Assembly (NCBI GenBank): GCA_942493105.1
Contig: OW818668.1
Coordinates: 510,001-542,000 of the forward strand
Source: an uncultured Erysipelotrichaceae bacterium
GTDB taxonomy: Bacteria; Bacillota_I; Bacilli_A; Erysipelotrichales; Erysipelotrichaceae
Direction: 5' to 3'
Length of the DNA: 32,000 bases
Shown here piece after piece: positions 18,208-26,826 of this stretch (positions within the stretch are counted from its first letter, which is position 1; the number at the start of each line of letters is the position of its first letter). The notes below the pieces were generated by a model, which was not told the origin of the DNA, searched no databases, and saw only the letters and a list, made by a program, of their open reading frames with translations. The position numbers and the translations under genes are program-made.

Positions 18208-18747
18208 ACATACTTACCTCAAGACATAATTTGTCTATTTATAACGTTTATTTATGGTCTGTTTCGGCTTTTTGTGGAGTAATTTTGAAAACATCCCTTA
18301 ACTCAAAACCACTTATTAATGCTCATATCCAACAAACATTAAAATGATGTCATCTAAGTTTTTACTCATTGTTTTTATTGTACCACACGAATGCTAAACA
18401 CTTATGCCGGCTTAAAAAACTCATCACGGTATCGCATTCACTCTTGGAGGAGCGTTTGGATCATACTAGCACTCACACACATTCCATTACACTTTTATTA
18501 CGACTTTTATGTAAATTGAAATTCATAAAATTGTATTGTAAAAATCACAACTATTTGAAGCGGATCCACAAAGGATTCACGAAAGCAGAAAGTGAATTGA
18601 ATACCTAATTTAAATCCCAATATCGCACAGAAAGCTAAATCAGTTTACACAAGATTTCTGACACTATATTCTGTTTTGCTACTCTCTTAATTTGGTACTT
18701 AACAAATAGACACTTAATAATTCAAATCATTCAAGTATAATATCCTT

Positions 18748-20430
18748 ATGCCCACCATGTATCCTGATTTTCTTCCTAAACCACTAGAAGAGTACTTAAG
18801 GGGAGAAGCTAAAGTGTTCGAAGCTTTTAGAAACCAGCTTAGTAAAGACTGGATTGTTTATCATTGTGTGAACTGGCATATTCCTTCAGATAAACACAAT
18901 AGACAACGAGATGCTGAAACCGACTTTATCTTAACCCATCCACAATATGGAATCTTAGTGATTGAAGTTAAAGGCGGCGTTCAAATTAGATATGTTGCTG
19001 AACATAATCAATGGTTGAGTACAGACTATCATCTTAAAGTTCACGAGATCAATGATCCTTACCTACAAGCCAAACAAAACAAATACAATGTAATCAATGA
19101 ATTGCTTAAAATTCCTGAATTGAGTTTCTATGATAAACAAAGTTTAGATAATAAAATTAGTATAGGATATGCTGTCATCTTTCCAGATGTGACCATTGTG
19201 AATGGATCTTTACCTGTAGAAGCAGCTACCGAAATTACTTTGACCAGTAATCACTTAAGTCACATTGAGGAAATATTGATTTCTTTATGTACTTATTATG
19301 CTTGTGGGAAACAACACAGTACTGCTTTAGCTTTTCAAGCTCACTTGGGTTTAAAGAATCTATTGGCTCCTTCCTTTACCATTGAAAGAACACTGACAAC
19401 TTGGTTTGAAGATGAAGAGAGAAGAATCATTGAGCTTACAGATGAACAATATAACTTGCTGAATTATATAAGACTTGTCAAGAAAGCCAGTATCTATGGT
19501 TGTGCTGGTAGTGGAAAAACGTTGATTGCGATTCGTAAATCAGAATTGTTAAGTCAAGAGAATCAAGGTGTCTTGTTGGTATGCTTCAACAACATCCTTG
19601 GTAAACACTTAGAACATCACTTTAGAAAAGATGAGAATGTCGTTGCAGGATCTTTTTATAATATCCTTTGTCAAGAGTTGAAACTACCCATGACCTATGA
19701 TAACGATGCCCTACTTAAAACCAAGATCCTTGAAGATCATCCTGGTTACTTTGATGCGATCATCATTGATGAAGCTCAAGACTTCTCATCATCTCAACTT
19801 GAGATCATCAAACTATTGCTTAAACAAGATGGCTTGCTTTATTACTTCTGGGATGATAATCAACAAGTCATGAAAAGAGACATCAATGTTGAGTTTGATA
19901 AAGATGCTTTCCCACTGATCTTATCCACCAATCACAGAAATACAGCCAAGATATTTGAAGCAGTTAAACAACATTTCCACAAAGACATAGACATCACTCA
20001 TAAAGGGGTGGAAGGTCGTAATGTTGAGGTTTTAGAACCTTATAAACACAAGAATGCGACAGTATTGTTTGTTCGTCTTAGAGAGATTCTAGATCGCTTG
20101 ATTGATGTTGAAAAGATCAATCCAAAAGACATTGTTATCTTAACTTTCAAGTCTAAAACAAAATCACATTTGATTGATTTTAGTTGTGTATATCCAATTT
20201 GTCTCTTCAGTGATGAAGCTCAACCAAATGGGGTAAGAATTGATACAGTGCGTCGTTTTAAAGGCATGGAATCAAAAGTAGTTATCGTTACTGAAATGGA
20301 TGATGAGCGAAGCTTAAAGGATCCAATGATGTTTGAAGATATGTGTTATGTATCTTTCTCAAGAGCTGTTCATCACTTGATTATCTTGCCTCCGGATAAT
20401 GCTGAACTCTTTTTATCTCAATCAAAATGA
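18748..20430 (+). CDS. NERD-domain nuclease fused to a UvrD/AAA_30-type SF1 helicase
   Basis: The NERD core is DAETDFILTHPQYGILVIEVKGG. The helicase Walker A is GCAGSGKT and motif II is AIIIDEAQDF. The C-terminal motif is VDTVRRFKGMESKVVIV, followed by CYVSFSRA. No SD sequence is present. TATAAT (18736-18741) ends 6 nt before the ATG. Confidence 0.8.
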   Translation: MPTMYPDFLPKPLEEYLRGEAKVFEAFRNQLSKDWIVYHCVNWHIPSDKHNRQRDAETDFILTHPQYGILVIEVKGGVQIRYVAEHNQWLSTDYHLKVHEINDPYLQAKQNKYNVINELLKIPELSFYDKQSLDNKISIGYAVIFPDVTIVNGSLPVEAATEITLTSNHLSHIEEILISLCTYYACGKQHSTALAFQAHLGLKNLLAPSFTIERTLTTWFEDEERRIIELTDEQYNLLNYIRLVKKASIYGCAGSGKTLIAIRKSELLSQENQGVLLVCFNNILGKHLEHHFRKDENVVAGSFYNILCQELKLPMTYDNDALLKTKILEDHPGYFDAIIIDEAQDFSSSQLEIIKLLLKQDGLLYYFWDDNQQVMKRDINVEFDKDAFPLILSTNHRNTAKIFEAVKQHFHKDIDITHKGVEGRNVEVLEPYKHKNATVLFVRLREILDRLIDVEKINPKDIVILTFKSKTKSHLIDFSCVYPICLFSDEAQPNGVRIDTVRRFKGMESKVVIVTEMDDERSLKDPMMFEDMCYVSFSRAVHHLIILPPDNAELFLSQSK

Positions 20431-20473
20431 TTATAGACACTTTATACCCAGGTAATTATTGTAAAATGTAAAT

Positions 20474-23047
20474 ATGAACCAGCATTTTGATTATATTGAT
20501 CAAGTTCTAGGCAAATACAATTATTCTCGTATCGAAACTTTTTACTATTATCCTCAAGATAAACAAATAGTTTCACTATTTTATGATTCTTCTGATACTT
20601 GTATAATCATCGATATCAATATATGTGATCAAAGGAATCCAATTTTCAACTACGAATTCTACACACAAAGACAAAACGAATATATGGCTCAATATTCACG
20701 CTGCTTTAGAATAGTTTATGATGAGAATCTTGAGCGTAAAGTAGATGAACTTTTAAATAACAATAAAGTTTTAGAGTTCTCTAAAGACTCCTATAGTCAA
20801 AGAGATACCCAATATATTGATAACTCCGCTTTGGAATCCGAATTTGAGAATCGTTTTATTGATGTTTATGGTACTGAAGCTTTGGAATTTCTATATAAGG
20901 AGTTTGGATTCTTAGATTTTGAAGGAAAACAGACTTTCTTAGATTTTGTCTTGAATACAGAAAATGGTTATGTTGCTATCGAAGAAAACGGTGTAGGTTT
21001 TCATCATCCGCAACTTATTGGTTTGGAAAAATACCAGAAACAACTTGATAAACAGAATGCATTTTGTTATTTCGGGTATAAGCTGTTCAGATTTTCTTCT
21101 ATGGATTGTGTTAACCGGGACAAAATTAACGATAATATTCGACACTATTTCGGTGATATATCCAAGTTTAAGAAAAAAGAATATGTCATGGGTACACGTG
21201 ATGTTGAACTATATGATCACCAAAAACTGACATTATCCAAGATCATAGAAGACAGAAAAAACGGGAAGTATAATTTCCTCGTTGTGTTTCCAACTGCCGC
21301 AGGAAAATCGAAAATCATTGAAGAAGATCTGAGTAGTCTTCTTGTACTCAACCCAAAATTGAAAGTTTGCATCGTAGCACCGAATAAACCCATTGTTGAA
21401 GATTGGAAGGAAAGAGTTCATAAAGTTCTGCAATCTCTGAAAATGAATCTGAGTGTTGGAGAAGGTATTGAAAATCAAATCATTTGTGCTTCATATTATG
21501 CACTATGGAATAATGCTTATACAATACGTCCAGATTTCTTTGATTACATTGTTATTGATGAGGCCCATCATGCTGCCGCACCGATGATGAGAAGAGCACT
21601 TCAATACTTCACACCAAAATATCTTGTTGGTCTTTCAGCAACACCTGAGAGGATGGACCTACAACAGATAAGCACCATTTTTGGTGAGTACCAAACTCCA
21701 TTAACTATTGAAGAAGCTATGAAAACAGGTGTCATTTCCAAAGCAAGAGCTTATCGTATAAACACTAATTTAGATTTATCTGAAGTTCGCTTCAATGGAA
21801 AGTCATTCAATAATTCCGATCTTGAGAAAACGATTCGTGTTAAGTCCAGAAATGAATTAATTGCGGATGTTATTGAAAGATATTTTACAGAGGGTGAATA
21901 TGGGAAGTTACAGGGCATTATTTTCTGTACGAGCATTGCACATACTGAAGAAATGGAAAAAATCATGAATAGACGTGGCATTCCAACTCTAGCAGCCCAT
22001 TCCTCTAAAAGAGAAGATCCTATAAAACAATATTCAGAAAAGAAAATCCGTTTTTTAGCCAGTTGTGCTCTTATTTCTGAAGGATGGGACAGTCCTCAAA
22101 CCAGCATCGTTGTTATGGCTAGACCAACCTTATCAAAAGCTCTCTACCTGCAACAGGTTGGTCGAGGTTTTAGAAGATATCCAGGTAAAGAAGCTCTTTA
22201 TGTTATCGATGTTGTGGATCAGTATGGATCATTGGCTATCCCTTGGTCAATCAACGCTATATTTCACAACCCCAATTATGTTCCATTTGGCGATCCATCT
22301 AAACAACCACATCTTGGAGATATGATTACTGTAAATGGTATTCAAGAAAAGATTCTAAGTATTCAAGAAATCAATATCAACACATTCGAGAAATCATATG
22401 GAGACATGTTGAGTAGTGAACAAGCCGCTAGAGAACTTTATACTGGAACAAACACGCTTATCAATTGGGTTAAAAATGGAACAATCAAAGCCGATCTCGT
22501 TATCCCCTTCGGTTCTTCGAAACTTTACTTCTTCAAACCGGATTCTATTAAAACGATTCGTGATCTAAAGAATCTTGGTGTTCATGATGATTCAACACTC
22601 TTTACTGACTTTTTTGAGTTTATTAAAGACAAAAAATTTAGCTTCTCATTCAAGATAATATTCATGTTGGCATTAATGAAAAACATTGACGTTAATGGTG
22701 AAGCTATGCTTGATAATGTAAGGAAATTGTATGTTCAGTTCTATCTTGACCGAATTGAAAAGGGTCTTAAAGTTGATCGAGATAATTGTATTTATACCAA
22801 GGAATATCTAAGTAATGAAAAGATCGTTGATAATAGTATTCTATCTAATCCATTTGAGAAATTTGAACGCAAACGATTTGTCTTTTACAGCAAAGATCTT
22901 TCACGCATATCATTTAATCAGACACTTTGGCTACAACTAAAAGAAAGCCATTTTATTGAGATTGAAAAAATAATGGTTAACCACCTGATAGAATATTATA
23001 GAGATATGGATGGGGTACAAGATATCCCATACCTTAGGAGATTTTAA
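20474..23047 (+). CDS. Multidomain SF2 (ResIII/DEAH) helicase with an N-terminal Vsr/DUF559-like endonuclease-fold region, a C-terminal MerR/excisionase-like HTH and an uncharacterised tail
   Basis: The nuclease-like region spans aa ~120-225 (ESEFENRFIDVYG...FLDFVL...YVAIEENGVGFH...YKLFRFSS). Helicase motif I is FPTAAGKS, motif II is VIDEAHH, motif III is LSATPER and motif VI is QQVGRGFRR. The HTH-like segment is LSSEQAARELYTGTNTLINWVKNGTIKA. The tail of about 150 aa is unassigned. Confidence 0.8.
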   Translation: MNQHFDYIDQVLGKYNYSRIETFYYYPQDKQIVSLFYDSSDTCIIIDINICDQRNPIFNYEFYTQRQNEYMAQYSRCFRIVYDENLERKVDELLNNNKVLEFSKDSYSQRDTQYIDNSALESEFENRFIDVYGTEALEFLYKEFGFLDFEGKQTFLDFVLNTENGYVAIEENGVGFHHPQLIGLEKYQKQLDKQNAFCYFGYKLFRFSSMDCVNRDKINDNIRHYFGDISKFKKKEYVMGTRDVELYDHQKLTLSKIIEDRKNGKYNFLVVFPTAAGKSKIIEEDLSSLLVLNPKLKVCIVAPNKPIVEDWKERVHKVLQSLKMNLSVGEGIENQIICASYYALWNNAYTIRPDFFDYIVIDEAHHAAAPMMRRALQYFTPKYLVGLSATPERMDLQQISTIFGEYQTPLTIEEAMKTGVISKARAYRINTNLDLSEVRFNGKSFNNSDLEKTIRVKSRNELIADVIERYFTEGEYGKLQGIIFCTSIAHTEEMEKIMNRRGIPTLAAHSSKREDPIKQYSEKKIRFLASCALISEGWDSPQTSIVVMARPTLSKALYLQQVGRGFRRYPGKEALYVIDVVDQYGSLAIPWSINAIFHNPNYVPFGDPSKQPHLGDMITVNGIQEKILSIQEININTFEKSYGDMLSSEQAARELYTGTNTLINWVKNGTIKADLVIPFGSSKLYFFKPDSIKTIRDLKNLGVHDDSTLFTDFFEFIKDKKFSFSFKIIFMLALMKNIDVNGEAMLDNVRKLYVQFYLDRIEKGLKVDRDNCIYTKEYLSNEKIVDNSILSNPFEKFERKRFVFYSKDLSRISFNQTLWLQLKESHFIEIEKIMVNHLIEYYRDMDGVQDIPYLRRF

Positions 23048-23647
23048 ATGAGTTACAAATATTACGATGATCATGCTGAAGAATACTACGAGAGTTCTTT
23101 CAATGCCAACATGAGTGAAACGATGGAAAGATTCTTGCACTATGTCCCAAAGGGTGCCACCATTCTTGATGCTGGTTCTGGTACAGGCAGAGACACAAAG
23201 ACCTTGCTTGATCTTGGCTATACCGTAAAGGCATTTGATGCTTCTATAGAAATGGTAAAGATGAGCGCTCTATATACGGGAATTGAAACTCTACACGCAA
23301 AGTTTGAAGAGATTGAATATTGTGATGAATTTGATGGGATATGGGCTTGCGCATCTTTGTTGCATGTTGATAGGCACAGCCTTGATCATGTTTTCTTTTT
23401 GCTTAAAAAGGCACTCAAGAAAGATGGGATTCTATATTGTTCTTTCAAATCCCGGGAAAAAGACTACATAAAGGATGGACGTCATTTCACTTGTTTTACT
23501 AATGAGAATCTCGCTAAATATTTGGAAGGAATTAATCAGTTTTCGATAATCGAAATTTGGGATTCCAGGGATGTTAGGGAGGATCGAAAAAGTGAAGTCT
23601 GGGTTAATTGTATTCTCAAGAATGGATCACAAGTTACTAAAAAGTAG
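23048..23647 (+). CDS. Small class-I SAM-dependent methyltransferase (Methyltransf_11/25-like; not a recognisable DNA methyltransferase)
   Basis: Motif I is ILDAGSGTGRDT, followed by the acidic loop FDAS and post-motif GIWACASLLHV. There is no (D/N/S)PP(Y/F/W) motif, no PCQ/ENV motif and no target-recognition domain. The ATG directly abuts the helicase TAA (taaATG), and an AGGAG RBS lies 7 nt upstream inside the helicase gene. Confidence 0.8.
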   Translation: MSYKYYDDHAEEYYESSFNANMSETMERFLHYVPKGATILDAGSGTGRDTKTLLDLGYTVKAFDASIEMVKMSALYTGIETLHAKFEEIEYCDEFDGIWACASLLHVDRHSLDHVFFLLKKALKKDGILYCSFKSREKDYIKDGRHFTCFTNENLAKYLEGINQFSIIEIWDSRDVREDRKSEVWVNCILKNGSQVTKK

Positions 23648-23862
23648 ATTTGTATATTTGTAAATAAAAGGACTAGAAGTAGCCCTGTCTTCCAAAAATA
23701 GTATCAGTTCATCAATGGTCTGGATATTCTCATATGCGGGTATTTTTAACACAATCATTTCCTTACTAGGCTAAACTAGTTATAGTCTAGTATTCCTTTA
23801 TTCACCTAAATTGTTAAGAAAATGAAACCCAAACTTTTAATAATAGGAAACTTTAGTCTAGC

Positions 23863-26826
23863 CTATTTTTTATATTGATGTCCCACTCTAGTGAATGGTG
23901 ATAGGTTAATATAGAGTGTATTGACATCACCTTTTTCCCATTGGCGTTTTTCTAATGTTTTGAACAAATCTTCCTGTCGAGGTTGACCCAAGGTGAGCCG
24001 ATACAATGACAAAACATTAATTAATCGGTCATATTTGATTTTATCTTGACTATATGGGTACATAGGAACAATTCTTTCGATCTTGACCGAGAATGGGAAA
24101 TTCTCGGGTAAACACCAGTATGGAACCAAGTCCGAATTATTTCCCTTCAATTCAATAGAAGCCTTAGCAAGCATTTCTTCCCAGACGTTTTTATGGAAAT
24201 CCATTTTACCAAAATTGCTGTTGGCAATATTTTGTCGTATAGCATGACACATATATCTGTTGATGCGCCCTTCGCGCTGTTCCAAATCAACAGGGTTGGA
24301 TGGGAGGTTCCAGTGCATGATTTTTCGGCTATAGCTATGAAAATCAAGACCTTCTTGACCTATTGAAGTGGTGGCCAGCACGAAAGGTCTAAACGGAGAG
24401 TTAAAAGCGGTCCTGATGTTTTCAGTTCGCTGAATGGTTACTTCACTGATGGTCGCATTGAAATAGCCAGTCGCAAAATGGGTGCGCATGTTGACTTGTG
24501 ACTTGTTTTGCTCGAATTGTTCTCTAGTCTTGATCTGTAGTTGGACAGTATTTATAAAAGCCCCTTTCATGGAGTTGAGCAATTGCTCATCCTTTTCTCC
24601 TAGGACATAAGCGTATTCATCCAATACTGCTTGAAGATTGCCCTCAGCACAATAGCTGAATACATTCTCGTAATAAAACTCATCTTTTGTCTCATATATA
24701 AGATCGATGATGGCAATTGACTCAGGTTTATTGAATAAGGACACAAAACTTGCAGCTAGGTTTGAAGCATATACTTCATTCTTGAAAATTCTCAATGCAC
24801 ATACTGCAGGGGAACCGATCGCCATAGTTGCTAAGGTTTCAGCTGCATTTGATGTGATGGTTAGAAGTTTGTCTGTTGAAGGCTTTCCATCCAAAATTTT
24901 CAGAAGTTCAATCAACTGGGTTGCCCCACCGCGTCCTGCCATGATGTTGTGTTGTTCTGCGATCAGATCAATTTTTAGTTGAATGATCTGTGTCAATTCT
25001 CTTTTAAGTTGAGACAATGGCTTATCTTTGTGATCAAGTGGGGCATAGAGACTAGCCAAATATTGTGAGGCATATTTAACCAGATCTTCAGTCTCTCCCT
25101 TAAGTCTTGCCGTAATTGCGCGTCTTATTTCACTAGCGAAGTATTTTGTGTCGATATTTCCAGTTTTCTGATTGAGCTTACCAACGGTTCTTCTTTCAGC
25201 TTCATAGGAAGTGAGAACAGCAATCATGCGGGGAACCATTTCCCAACTTGAAAACACCAGTAATTTTGAATAATCTTTGTTTTGGTGGAAGTAGCCTTTT
25301 GTTTGATAGTAAGGTAAAGACGCGGGAATCCATAGTAAAAGTTCAGGTCCGCCTTTATCCAAAGGGAACACTTCCTGGAAGAGCATGTCTAGACGCGCAT
25401 TGTTGGTAGGAATGAGTTTATAGTTATTGATCCTATTCTTTCTGATTAGAGCGGTTTCTGCTTTTTGAAGCTGAGTGTAATTTCCACTCTTTTTTAAAGC
25501 ATCAACAACTTTCTCATTGACCTTATATTTCCCCATAATCGATAAGAGATAGGGGGAGGATTTTACATATTCGATTGGAAAGTTTCCAAGTTCCAAACTT
25601 ATCATGAGTTGTTGCATTTGAATGTAAGAATGGATGTCTTCAGGCGTTATCGACATCTCCTTTACTTTAGAAGTGTCGATCATCGCATTATTCATTCTTT
25701 CGGTTCGACATACGTTTCTGTAAAGTTCATCCTCAGCCTTTTTTTTCTGTACAATCAGAACTGTGATGTCATCGGATTTCAACTCTCCTAAAACAGCCGA
25801 ATAACTACTCCATACTTGGTGGAAATACTCCTTCTTTGTTTTGGTAAATAACAGGAAATCCATTACGTCGATGAACTCTTTATAGTGTTCTGTCTCACCA
25901 TTGGATAATTCCTCTATGGTTGTGTAGGGTTTATACGGGGTTGCTGATAAGAGCAATACTTTAGTGTTCTCATTGAAGAGAAAACGGTTTGAAAACATAG
26001 ATCTTTCGTTGCTTTGAACAGCATTCTGGTTGTTATGGTCAGCTATTAGATCTTTGAAGCGCTGGAACTCATCCATGATGATAAGATCAGGCTCCAATTT
26101 TTCCAAACTGATTTGAGCAAAAAGCTGTCTCAGTTCAGTGATGATTTTTGAGCGCTCTGACTTTTTCACCGCAAAAACATCGGTCAATTGTACAATGGAG
26201 AGAATCTTTTGGTACAGTGTGTCCGTCATTTTTTTATTAAGCGCCGTTATCATGTCGTTGATGTAGGATCCGTGTTTATTGTCACATAAGGTCACTTGCT
26301 TTTCATACCATTGTATATTGGATTCCCAATATTTCATGTTTTCTAAGTGTTGTAAAAGATCATTTAACTTGCTCGAGTATAAACCTAAATCCCTGAACCG
26401 GACCAAAAAAACGTAAAGCAATGCCCTTTCCCAATAAGTTCCTTCGCCATTTTTCATAAAAGATGTGGCTGGAGTTAGTGGTATCAATTGGCGTGTGTTG
26501 TTTTTCTCGCCGGCCTTCTGATATATTTTAAGATGGAGCATAGATAAACGACTTTCGGCGATATTTATACAATCATTCTCATCCACACCAAGTTTGCGAA
26601 AATTCTGATTAGCGATGTTCATATTCGAACAGACATAGATAATCCTAAACATAGGGTCTTTCATCTCGGTATGCCAATCATAAACTTTACGCACAACTTC
26701 TCTTGCAATGATTGTTTTCCCCAAGCCGACCTCGTCGGCTAATAGGACACGATTTTGATGATCATCTCTGTAAATCTGCAAAATCCGGTCCGCTGTCGCA
26801 ATCTGAAAATCCTTAGCATTTATCAT
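23863..26826 (-). CDS. SNF2-like SF2 helicase/ATPase
   Basis: Motif I is LADEVGLGKT, motif II is LIIMDEFQRF, motif III is LLLSATPYKP, motif V is TTSIGQEGLDFH and motif VI is LEQREGRINRY. The start overlaps the upstream PLD gene's stop by 4 nt (ATGA). Confidence 0.8.
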   Translation of the reverse strand: MINAKDFQIATADRILQIYRDDHQNRVLLADEVGLGKTIIAREVVRKVYDWHTEMKDPMFRIIYVCSNMNIANQNFRKLGVDENDCINIAESRLSMLHLKIYQKAGEKNNTRQLIPLTPATSFMKNGEGTYWERALLYVFLVRFRDLGLYSSKLNDLLQHLENMKYWESNIQWYEKQVTLCDNKHGSYINDMITALNKKMTDTLYQKILSIVQLTDVFAVKKSERSKIITELRQLFAQISLEKLEPDLIIMDEFQRFKDLIADHNNQNAVQSNERSMFSNRFLFNENTKVLLLSATPYKPYTTIEELSNGETEHYKEFIDVMDFLLFTKTKKEYFHQVWSSYSAVLGELKSDDITVLIVQKKKAEDELYRNVCRTERMNNAMIDTSKVKEMSITPEDIHSYIQMQQLMISLELGNFPIEYVKSSPYLLSIMGKYKVNEKVVDALKKSGNYTQLQKAETALIRKNRINNYKLIPTNNARLDMLFQEVFPLDKGGPELLLWIPASLPYYQTKGYFHQNKDYSKLLVFSSWEMVPRMIAVLTSYEAERRTVGKLNQKTGNIDTKYFASEIRRAITARLKGETEDLVKYASQYLASLYAPLDHKDKPLSQLKRELTQIIQLKIDLIAEQHNIMAGRGGATQLIELLKILDGKPSTDKLLTITSNAAETLATMAIGSPAVCALRIFKNEVYASNLAASFVSLFNKPESIAIIDLIYETKDEFYYENVFSYCAEGNLQAVLDEYAYVLGEKDEQLLNSMKGAFINTVQLQIKTREQFEQNKSQVNMRTHFATGYFNATISEVTIQRTENIRTAFNSPFRPFVLATTSIGQEGLDFHSYSRKIMHWNLPSNPVDLEQREGRINRYMCHAIRQNIANSNFGKMDFHKNVWEEMLAKASIELKGNNSDLVPYWCLPENFPFSVKIERIVPMYPYSQDKIKYDRLINVLSLYRLTLGQPRQEDLFKTLEKRQWEKGDVNTLYINLSPFTRVGHQYKK

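Noticed and set aside
18369-18608. 79-aa track ORF in the STAND/NERD divergent spacer
   Set aside because: The peptide is low-complexity and His/Leu/Lys-rich. Its in-frame GGAGGAG is only 3 nt from the nearest TTG, and the annotated start has no RBS. It is most likely a chance ORF in AT-rich DNA.
20474-23647. Calling the ResIII-type helicase + methyltransferase pair a Type III (or Type I/ISP) restriction-modification system
   Set aside because: The methyltransferase is 199 aa and has no DPPY-like or C5 catalytic motif and no target-recognition domain. The gene order and the helicase N-terminal nuclease-fold/HTH architecture do not match Mod-Res. No HsdS-like gene is present.
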